Shown in pieces: positions 48,771-57,766 of a stretch of DNA of 64,000 nucleotides. This DNA comes from a virus. The stretch's first letter is position 1, and each line of letters starts with the position of its first letter. The notes under the pieces are model-generated. The model saw only the letters and a list, made by a program, of their open reading frames with translations, ran no database searches and was not told the DNA's origin. A program made the position numbers and the translations under genes. The stretch covers positions 1 to 64,000 of the IMG/VR virus record IMGVR_UViG_3300031231_000003. One strand, 5' to 3'.

Positions 48771-49025
48771 ATGTACGATCATTTCATGAGTTTACTTAAT
48801 AAGATCAACGTTGCGATTCACGATCAATTCACTCGAACCGCTGACGAAGCTGAACACATTCTCGTCACTGCGAAGCAAACGAACGTGCTGAAGATCGATG
48901 ATGCTGCGTTTCAAACTGTTTTAACGCTCGTGCGGCAATCCATCGAATCAACGTTCATCAAGACGAACGTGACGTTTTCAAGGCAATTTGAGTCCATTTT
49001 GGACGCACTCGAAAAAAAGAAGTAA
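48771..49025 (+). CDS. hypothetical protein
   Basis: ORF at the start of a + operon. Confidence 0.55.
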   Translation: MYDHFMSLLNKINVAIHDQFTRTADEAEHILVTAKQTNVLKIDDAAFQTVLTLVRQSIESTFIKTNVTFSRQFESILDALEKKK

Positions 49026-49028
49026 TTC

Positions 49029-49493
49029 ATGCAGGGAATTCGTCATCTCGTACGTTGTCGGTGCATTCTTTCGCAATTCAAGAACCTCAAGGATCCTCCG
49101 AACCATCAATTCGTCGTTTTTTCGGTGATTGATGACAGTGATAACGTTCGTGTGAAATTCGCTCAGTGCGACAATTGTGGTATCATTCACAAGGTATTCG
49201 AAATTGGTAAATCTGACGTGATCTCCAACAAGGAGACGATGGGTTCGATCACGACGATCGATGACCTGAAAAATAGCATGCCCGAAAAAATGGTGACATT
49301 GCTCGAGAAGAATGACGTGGCCGATGTTTCTTCATGGGAGGAAGCAAAATTCATCATTGAGAACGAAAAATGGGGTAACTTCATCGTTCTCTCGAAGGAT
49401 TCATCCGAAAGTGACACGAACGTGAAACTTCTCAGGATCGTTTCTAAGAACATTTTTATCGTTGAAAACGAAGTTCGAACCGAAAGAATTTAG
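49029..49493 (+). CDS. zinc-binding hypothetical protein
   Basis: HLVRCRC...QCDNCGIIH. Confidence 0.7.
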   Translation: MQGIRHLVRCRCILSQFKNLKDPPNHQFVVFSVIDDSDNVRVKFAQCDNCGIIHKVFEIGKSDVISNKETMGSITTIDDLKNSMPEKMVTLLEKNDVADVSSWEEAKFIIENEKWGNFIVLSKDSSESDTNVKLLRIVSKNIFIVENEVRTERI

Positions 49494-49496
49494 ACT

Positions 49497-49730
49497 ATGA
49501 ATGACGTGAAATTTGGTGAGCTTGAAAGTGAAAAGCTCACAAAAGAAAAGCTAGCTTGTCGGCAAATACTCGCGGAGATCAACAACTTCGGGATTTCAGA
49601 TCGACAAAAATTATTCCTGATCTACCTGTTGTCACTTGAACTTGAAGATGGCGAAGCAAGCTCCGATCTTGCGACAGTTTCGAAGGAATTATGTTCTCGT
49701 GCTGAAGGTATGCTTAGCGGGGGCGAATGA
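49497..49730 (+). CDS. hypothetical protein
   Basis: 77-aa ORF coupled to the helicase. Confidence 0.6.
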   Translation: MNDVKFGELESEKLTKEKLACRQILAEINNFGISDRQKLFLIYLLSLELEDGEASSDLATVSKELCSRAEGMLSGGE

Positions 49731-51373
49731 TAACAAAGAATGATTGGTTGAAATTCTTCCCGTTCAAAGATCCTCGAGAGGAGCAAACTAAAGCGATCGA
49801 TTTCATTTTGAATTCGTTCATTTCGGGAAAGAAGTACGTGATTGCTGAACTCGGTACGGGGCTCGGAAAAAGCGCAATAGGGATCACGATCAGCAAGTAC
49901 ATGCAGTCTCGCCCCCCGCGATCGTTGGTTCCGAACGCAACTTGGTACTTGACGACGCAAAAGACGTTGCAAGCACAATACATTTCTGACTTTGGAAACG
50001 AACCAACGAATCTAAAGACGATTAAATCATCGAACAACTACACGTGTCAAATGTTCGATTCATCGGCATTGTCGATGTCGTGTGCAGAGATACAGCGTTT
50101 GATGGATGCCCATAAGTTCTTCAAGGTGATTTATAAGACGTGTGTTTGTTCGTGTCGATACCGTGAAGAGAAAGAGAAATTCATCGAAGCGAACGACAGT
50201 CTCACGAATTACTCGTACTTTCTAGCTGAATCGACGTATGCTAAAGGAATTCAACCTCGACAATTGGTCGTTTGTGATGAGGCTCATACCCTAGAATCAG
50301 TTTTTAGCAATTTTATCGAGATTGTCTTGAGTGAGAACTTCTCAAAGAACCGGTTGAAGCTTAAAAAGTTTCCAAAGAGTGACGACAATGTCGACGAGGT
50401 GGTCAAATGGATCAAGACCAAGTACAAAAAAGCCTTGGTTGCTCGACTTGATGAGGTGAAGACGTACTTGAACGATGATGTTCGTGAGGACACCGAGAAG
50501 GTGAAATCACTCACGGCATTCGTTAAAGAGTACGAGATACTTGACAAGCATGTTTGCAAGGTGAATAGGTTCATCAACCAGTACGATTCCAAGAATTGGG
50601 TCTTAACGTACGAAAAAGGCGAAGGAAAATCGCTTAACAAGCTCGTGTTCAAACCTATTGATGTTTCCGTGTATTCTCACGAGAAGTTGTTTAATTTCGG
50701 TGAGAAAATCTTGCTGATGTCGGCAACGATACTCGATAAGGACACGTTTTGTAAGACGTTGGGAATTCCCCAGTCCGATGCTGAATTCATCAGGATGCCT
50801 TCTCCGTTTCCAGCAGAGAACCGTCCGATTCACGTTCTTTCCGTCGGTAGCATGGCACGAGGTAAGATCGATGAAACGCTACCCATGATTGCCTCCGTCG
50901 TCAAGGAGTTGTTGGAACTTCACCCAGACGTGAAGGGTGTGATACACTGCGGCACATTTCGCATTGCTAATTACATCTACGATAACGTTAAAAGTAATCG
51001 ATTGCTGATTCATGATTCAACGAATAGAGAACAGATCATTGATTATCACTGTTCAAACGAACGACCCACGGTGATCTTGTCGCCTTCGATGCTCGAAGGC
51101 ATCGATCTCAAGGACGATAGAAGTCGATTTCAAATCCTGTGCAAGTTACCTTGGCCATTCTTGGGCGACGAGGTCGTCAAGAAGAGGATGACAAACAATC
51201 CGAACTGGTACATAATAGAGACGATAAAGTTGATCGTCCAAGGTCTGGGTAGGTCAATCAGGAACGAAAATGACCATGCCGTGTCGTACATTCTTGATTC
51301 TGATTGGAATCGTCTTGTGAAACAACATCGTGACAAATTTCCCAAAGAGATCATTGATTGCATCGTTTCGTAA
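49727..51373 (+). CDS. DinG/Rad3 (YoaA-like) SF2 helicase
   Basis: Q motif, GTGLGKS, Cys cluster, DEAH, MSAT, SPF, EGID, QGLGRSIR. Confidence 0.9.
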   Translation: MITKNDWLKFFPFKDPREEQTKAIDFILNSFISGKKYVIAELGTGLGKSAIGITISKYMQSRPPRSLVPNATWYLTTQKTLQAQYISDFGNEPTNLKTIKSSNNYTCQMFDSSALSMSCAEIQRLMDAHKFFKVIYKTCVCSCRYREEKEKFIEANDSLTNYSYFLAESTYAKGIQPRQLVVCDEAHTLESVFSNFIEIVLSENFSKNRLKLKKFPKSDDNVDEVVKWIKTKYKKALVARLDEVKTYLNDDVREDTEKVKSLTAFVKEYEILDKHVCKVNRFINQYDSKNWVLTYEKGEGKSLNKLVFKPIDVSVYSHEKLFNFGEKILLMSATILDKDTFCKTLGIPQSDAEFIRMPSPFPAENRPIHVLSVGSMARGKIDETLPMIASVVKELLELHPDVKGVIHCGTFRIANYIYDNVKSNRLLIHDSTNREQIIDYHCSNERPTVILSPSMLEGIDLKDDRSRFQILCKLPWPFLGDEVVKKRMTNNPNWYIIETIKLIVQGLGRSIRNENDHAVSYILDSDWNRLVKQHRDKFPKEIIDCIVS

Positions 51374-51378
51374 AAAGG

Positions 51379-51407
51379 TTAAACAACGAACAATCACAAC
51401 GTATAAT
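51379..51407 (+). promoter_or_regulatory. sigma70-type promoter
   Basis: TTAAAC-17 nt-TATAAT upstream of the histone-like gene. Confidence 0.55.
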
Positions 51408-51449
51408 GACATTCAGATGTGAATGAATCATTCATACTTGGAGAAAAAT

Positions 51450-51668
51450 ATGAGTCAATTTGTACAAAACTGGAAAGAAATCAAGGACCTGGTTGATGCT
51501 CTCGAGCTGGACGTCGTGAAGAACGGCGAGCGCGGCAACCGTGCTGCAGGCGTTCGAGTTCGCAAGGGACTTCGTCACGTCAAGTCACTCGCAGGTGCCT
51601 TGGTGAAGCTATCGGTCACGCTTGATAAGGAAGCTAAGGCTGATCCAACGCCCGAGCCAACCGTCTAA
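51450..51668 (+). CDS. histone H1-like (Hc1-type) small DNA-binding protein
   Basis: GNRAAGVRVRKGL motif; GGAG SD before the ATG at 51450. Confidence 0.7.
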   Translation: MSQFVQNWKEIKDLVDALELDVVKNGERGNRAAGVRVRKGLRHVKSLAGALVKLSVTLDKEAKADPTPEPTV

Positions 51669-51692
51669 TTTTTATTGACGTAATGCTCGTCA

Positions 51693-51743
51693 GTCGGCAT
51701 GTGGTGGATCATATTTAAACGTATGAGCATGCCACATGCCGAC
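51693..51743. terminator. long hairpin between convergent genes
   Basis: GTCGGCATGTGG/CCACATGCCGAC stem with inner TCATA/TATGA; no U tail. Confidence 0.55.
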
Positions 51744-51752
51744 GTCCATCAA

Positions 51753-52025
51753 TCAATCTTGGTCGGCGAGAATCTTCTGATTCTCGCTTTTGATTTTTGT
51801 CATGATGTCATGTTCAATCTGACAAGTTCTCATTCTTGTTACACCAAAAATTTCACCGATCTCTTGCAGGGTATGTGAACCTTTTTGCTTAGCTGCGATT
51901 ATCGTACAGTTATTACTTTTCGCGTGATCAATCCATTGATCACACGATTTTCTATTGCAATTGACGTTGCATTGTGCATGAATAGAAAAACATGTAGTAC
52001 GATTAATTACAGTAAGATTGCGCAT
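51753..52025 (-). CDS. Cys-rich protein with sigma70 region 4 HTH
   Basis: TLQEIGEIFGVTRMRTCQIE; start MRNLTV at 52025. Confidence 0.75.
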   Translation of the reverse strand: MRNLTVINRTTCFSIHAQCNVNCNRKSCDQWIDHAKSNNCTIIAAKQKGSHTLQEIGEIFGVTRMRTCQIEHDIMTKIKSENQKILADQD

Positions 52026-52068
52026 TAATGATTCAACTTTATTAACAATTGAAATCTCCGTACAAATC

Positions 52069-53416
52069 ATGAAAAAGAAAAACTTACGTCCTTGACACGA
52101 ACGTTCTTTTGTTTGATCCCAGTGCTCTTGAACAATTTGATGACAATGAAATCGTTGTACCGCTAGTTGTCTTTGAAGAGCTTGATAGAAACAAGGGACG
52201 TTTTGACGAAGTTGGCAGGAACGCAAGAAAGTTCAGTCGTTCGTTGGACGAGCTTCGATCAAACGGTAATTTGTTCACGGGAATCACGCTTCGTAATGGG
52301 GGCATCTTTCGTGTTGCATCGATTGACACTTCTTGCGAGCTCCCTCGTGAGCTTAAGAATTCGTCAGTTGATAACACGATCGTCCTTTACATGCTTCAGC
52401 TCAAGCAAGCAGGCGTCGATGCAAAGTTGATCTCGAAGGACATCAACCTTCGATTGAAGTGCGATGCGCTTGATCTAAAAGCTGAAGATTACCTGAAAAG
52501 TAGCATCAATAAGAACATCGACGAGCTGTATTCGGGCGTCGAATCGCTCGTGCTCGATGATGAACAACTGAACGATTTCCATTCCACCGATGAACTTTTG
52601 ATCGAGTCGGAGAAGGTGTTGTATCCCAATCAAATCATCATTCTAAGGGATCACCTCAACAAATCATCCGGATTTGCACGATGCGTGAATCAAAATGACG
52701 AGAAATGCTATAGGCTTGTTTCCGTGAAGACTCATGCGAACGTTTACGGTCTGAAACCCCGAAACAAGGAACAGAACTTTTCGTTGGATCTTTTGTTGAA
52801 TCCAGACATCAAGTTGATCACATTGACTGGTAAAGCGGGTGGTGGTAAGACACTGATCGCTCTAGCATCTGCGATGGCACAATTGAAGATGCCAGGAAAC
52901 GATACGGGACATTACGAAAAGCTCGTCATCACTCGCCCAATCCAACCCGTCGGCAAGGATCTGGGATTCCTTCCGGGAACGCTGGACGAAAAACTGGATC
53001 CTTGGATCGCGCCCATCAAGGATAACATCAACTTCCTTGTCAAGAACAAGAGGACAAAGAAGGCGAATGAAGCCAAGGAATCGTTTTTGACAATGCTTCA
53101 GGAACGTGGATTGATCGAAATTGAAGCGATCGCTTACATCAGGGGTCGTTCAATTCCGAATGCATTCCTGATCGTTGACGAGGCTCAGAATCTTTCGATT
53201 CACGAACTCAAGACGATCGTTACTCGAGCTGGTGAAGGAACAAAGATTCTCTTGACGGGTGACATTGAACAGATCGATAATTCGAATGTGGATGTCCACA
53301 CGAACGCATTGACGTATGCTATCGAAAAGTTCAAGGATTACCCGCTCGCTGCTCATATGACGCTGCTCAAGGGTGAAAGAAGCGAGTTAGCAACTCTCGC
53401 CTCTCAGATCTTGTAA
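52069..53416 (+). CDS. phoH: PIN-PhoH (PhoH2/YlaK-like) protein, +1 frameshift near the start
   Basis: MKKK / TYVLDTNVL (PIN) split at an A run; GKAGGGKT, LGFLPG, YIRGRS, DEAQN, GDIEQID. Confidence 0.9.
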
Positions 53417-53443
53417 TTTCTGTCTGAACTAGCTATTTATGGA

Positions 53444-54090
53444 ATGAAATTTAAGGTTTACGTTGATTACACTACGGAAGAAATTCCGCGACCATTTTAT
53501 GTTGGAAAGGGTTCCCAACAAAGACTTCAACGAAAAACACGTAATAATTTACACACGAGAATTAGTTTGAAATATGGGTACGATCGTCAAGTTTTTTTAG
53601 AAACGGACGATGAAGAATTAGCATTTGAAAAGGAACGTGAATTAATAAAAGAATTTGATACGTTTCTTTGTGGGGGAGGTTGGGGGGCTAATTTTACGAT
53701 GGGAGGGGAAGGTGTTTCGGGAATTCCGAATCCGCGGTGTAGGGGTGAAACCCACCCTATGTACGGTAAAAAACATTCCGATGAATCAAAACGCAAAAAC
53801 AGTGAATCAAATAAAATTGCTACTTCGGGAGAAAAGAATGGCATGTTTGGTAAACATCATAATGAAACTACTCGAAAAAAATTGGAGACACCCAGCGAGG
53901 GTGGAATCACACAGAAGAATCTAAGATAAAGATTGGTAAAACCATTAGCACTCGTCAAAAAGGAAGAAAACATTCTGAAGAAACAAAGCGAAAAATTGGT
54001 GAATCTCATCGAGGAAAAATACCGTGGAACAAAGGATTGAAAAAAAATGCACGTAACGATCTTTCAACCCTTGCTTCTCAGATTCTATGA
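53444..54090 (+). CDS. GIY-YIG-like/NUMOD3 homing endonuclease, -1 frameshift at A7 53875-53881
   Basis: FKVY...FYVGKG...AN; NUMOD3 repeats continue in the -1 frame (HSEETKRKIGESHRG, PWNKG) to TGA at 54090. Confidence 0.8.
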
Positions 54091-54272
54091 AGTGTTGGAA
54101 ACCATGCACGAAATTCAAACTAGTGAACTTTAATGGTCGCTCTGAGCGATGCATGGAATTCAAAAAGAAATGGCGTGCAAACTTGAAACCATGTCGTGAT
54201 CCAAAAAATTGCGGATGTTATCCACTTTTTGAAGAGAGGATCGCTTGGTTGAAGAGTACACAAAAATGCTAG
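54087..54272 (+). CDS. small Cys-rich hypothetical protein
   Basis: ATGA overlap with the upstream stop; 7 Cys. Confidence 0.45.
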   Translation: MKCWKPCTKFKLVNFNGRSERCMEFKKKWRANLKPCRDPKNCGCYPLFEERIAWLKSTQKC

Positions 54273-54373
54273 GGAACTTACGTTCCCGTTATGTGAGACG
54301 TTAGAGTTCGTCCAACCGCTTAACCGTCGGGCTAATAACGGTCGTACCCCAGCAGAGGTTAGTTACTTATGAC

Positions 54374-55306
54374 GTGAGCGGTATACTAGATTCAAAAAAG
54401 AGAATCCTCGACGTCGTATTGACCGAAGAAGGGCGAAAACAAGTTGCTCGTGGTGATCTGAGAATTGATTCTTATTCATTTTCTGACGCGGGTACGTATT
54501 ACAGGGGCGACATTGCGAGTGGTAGCGCGGATGCAACGGTTCGTTTGCAATTCGAGTCGTCGAACCTTCCACAGGATTCGATAACGTTTGAATCCAACGA
54601 CGACGGTCGTCTCTTGTCTTTCAAGAATTCTGCTGGAATCCAATTAAATGATGGGTCGATAATTGAATTCACAACATCAGTTACTTCTTCGGCCACTTTC
54701 TTGAAAGGAAGCGAGTTCACGGATTCCGTTGATGAACTTCTCGTATCATCGATCGGAAATTTCAACAAACTTCAACTGTTGGCAACTCGAGATAACTTGT
54801 TCGATGATTCTGCGTTCGGTTTGAGTAGTTCCGCCGTGGAATTTCTCATTAAGGATGATTCACCGATCGAGGATCGATCATTGTGGACTGCGAACGTGAA
54901 CAACGAAGAAAGTCTATTCAACGATCCACGTCTTGCTCGTTCATTGAACTTTAGGTACCTACCTCCCTCGAACGGTGGTGGATCCGACCTGGGAACGTAT
55001 CCACCTCTCGGCACGACCAACGGGAACTTAGTTACGTATGAACAATTGAAGGTCGAACTTGATGCGTTCGAACAACTCGGTCTCTCTAAGACGATCAAGT
55101 TCGATCCGACATCACGAGAAAATAACTTATTCATGCAATTCTTTGAACAAAACTACAATCAACTCTCTAAGTTGAGGATCATTGATTTTGGAAAGTTCAG
55201 AACGTCAACGAATTCGCTTGTACACGTATTTTTTGCTGGAAATTTATTCGTTGATGACAAACAAAGCCACACATTTTCGCATGTATTCACCATGGTATTT
55301 TCGTAA
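54374..55306 (+). CDS. probable virion structural protein
   Basis: GILD...DVVLTEEGRKQ...YSFSD N-terminus; TTACTTA 4 nt upstream; first gene of a coupled operon. Confidence 0.6.
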   Translation: MSGILDSKKRILDVVLTEEGRKQVARGDLRIDSYSFSDAGTYYRGDIASGSADATVRLQFESSNLPQDSITFESNDDGRLLSFKNSAGIQLNDGSIIEFTTSVTSSATFLKGSEFTDSVDELLVSSIGNFNKLQLLATRDNLFDDSAFGLSSSAVEFLIKDDSPIEDRSLWTANVNNEESLFNDPRLARSLNFRYLPPSNGGGSDLGTYPPLGTTNGNLVTYEQLKVELDAFEQLGLSKTIKFDPTSRENNLFMQFFEQNYNQLSKLRIIDFGKFRTSTNSLVHVFFAGNLFVDDKQSHTFSHVFTMVFS

Positions 55307-57766
55307 TGTTCTACCGTATTCAAAGGAAAACCAACCTCTTAAAGGTAGATCCGTTCTTCGCAACGTTGCAGAACATATCGACGCAAGGTGATTTGAAATT
55401 CGAGTTCAGGTACGTTGTCAACCAACTGAAGATGCTCGATCTGGGTTCGACCGTCGTTCGCGTCAGAATCCTGAACAAGATCGTGACAAAAAATCCTACG
55501 TTCGTGAATTCACGAATTGGATTCGATGATTCGAAACAAGCAGTGAAGAATATTCTTCAACAATCACAGGATTCGAAGAAGGCTCAAAACCAGCAAGAAA
55601 CTGAGATCATTGCCACAAAATTGAGTGATTTTTCATCAAAAATAAGTAAAGAAGTTGTCACTGCGATCAAAGCGGGTGTACCCACTGAAGATATTCCCGC
55701 GTTGAGAAAGAACGTACTGAGAACTGTTTCAGTCAACGAGATCAATCAAAATAATGATCTGAAGCCGATCTTACAATTCATCTCTCACGAGAATTTCACC
55801 AATGTTTCCTCGTCTTTCAGCACCGTCGATGAACAAAGTATGATGTACAGAATGGTCACTGAAGAGGGAGTCGATCCTTCGAGCATCGTTGATCTATCTC
55901 ACAGGAGCGTTACGGCAAAAAAACTCATTTGAAGGAATCTTGAGAAGGACTAAATCTCGTGAAACCGTCATCGATTCCGTGAGTCAATTGTTGAACATGC
56001 ATCTCGTGGGACAAGTTCAATCTCTAGAATTCGATAGAACATCATCTTCGGATTTCAACGATGACTCACAAAAAATTCAGATTCAAGATTCAGTTTTCTC
56101 TGATGAGATTGAAATACCCACTTCGATGGTGATATTGAATCGCGTCAGAAAGCGTTTAGGAACGAATGGTTCACAATTCATCGTTCAATTCGAATTGATC
56201 GATCGAAAGACAAAAGCAAGCATTCAAATTGTTTCTAAGCAATTGAATGTTTCAGAGCACATTCAACAATTTCAATTACCCGTAAAAGCACCCGATGTCA
56301 ACATTACGTCATCAAGTTCGTCTCGGGTCAATCTTGAGGTCAAGCAAATTGATCGCAATTCTTCATTGATCGATGTTTACAAAAAAGTGATCAACGTGAT
56401 CAACGTTGATAATGATGAGTACAAGCACGTAAAAACTCTCACCGTGAATCCCGATCAATTCATCAAATTTCCCGTTGATAAACCGTTGACATCAACGATT
56501 CTGTACAGATTCATTCCCCGTGGGAAGAACGACAGGCTGGGTTCAAGTTACACGAACATCATACTGAAAACTGACAGGGCGGTTCAAGATAAGTCTCTCT
56601 CACTTGTAACTCGTTTAGTTGAAACCGGCATCGAGATCGAAGCATCCTCATTTCCTCCCGGGTTGGTTTCAATCGAGTTTTTGGGCAGAAATCTATCGAC
56701 GTTTGAAAAATCGTACAGAAACATTGGAACGGATAATTTTTCAATCACTGAATCGATAAGAACCCTTGATTCAGTTTCCGTGATTGATACGTTGACATTG
56801 AATGGTGACGTTTATGAGTACGTCGCTAGAATGCATTTCAAGTCAGGAATTCCCGAGTATTCACAAAGTTCCGTGATCGAAAAAATTGAATTCAAACGAG
56901 ATGAACTTGACATCATTGTTTCACAGTTAAGCGTCGTGAATGATTTGAACAATCCAAACGTGACATTCACGATCAACGTTAGGCTCGTTGATAATGATTC
57001 AGACATCACTCGAAAATTGCTCGAACGTTCGGGACTGAAGAATTTGTTCGAGAACGAGTTATTGAATGAACGTGATCTGATAAAAGATCTTGTTTCATTT
57101 AACGTTCAAAGGATCAATTTGACTACAGGAGAACGAGAAAATTTTGGAACATTGACGAACAACATTTTTAATGATGCAAATCTACAAAAGAACAATTCCG
57201 TAAAACCGTTGAAATTCGATCAAAAATACCAGTACGAAGTGTATGCAATGCTTCGCTCGGCCGAGACATTGTTTGAAACATTGTTAAAAACGAAGGTTGA
57301 TCCTACAACGGGTAAGTCATACCAGTTTAAACCATCGAATAAGTACCATCCTCTAGCCTTGATTGAAGGGATTGTAACTACCTCACAAGGTCTAAAAACA
57401 AAGCCCAAAAATGCATTTGAATACGGAAGATTAGGCATGTACGAGGTTGTGAACGTTTCATTTGATGAGAACACCGTCGAAATAAGCAACGTAAAGGCGA
57501 GCAGGTTTGACAATGAAAGAAATGTCATATCATGGGATGTCAACGGTTCGATCAATAAGATTGATCATTTCTTGATCATGAAAGATGTTCATGGTGTAAG
57601 GACAATGATTGGCAAGTCACATGCAAATTCAAAGTTCCAAACAATCCAACACTTTCATTTTTTGAACGAACATGATCGTGGTGAATTCAAGTACGTTATT
57701 GTATTTGTGAGGAACAATTACACGATTAGTTCAGAGTTCGTTTCAAACTCGATTGAGGTAGAATAA
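55306..57766 (+). CDS. probable structural protein, split by +1 frameshift at A7 55917-55923
   Basis: ORFs 55306-55932 and 55889-57766 join if one A is removed; beta-rich, FN3-like YEY/YQY motifs. Confidence 0.6.
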
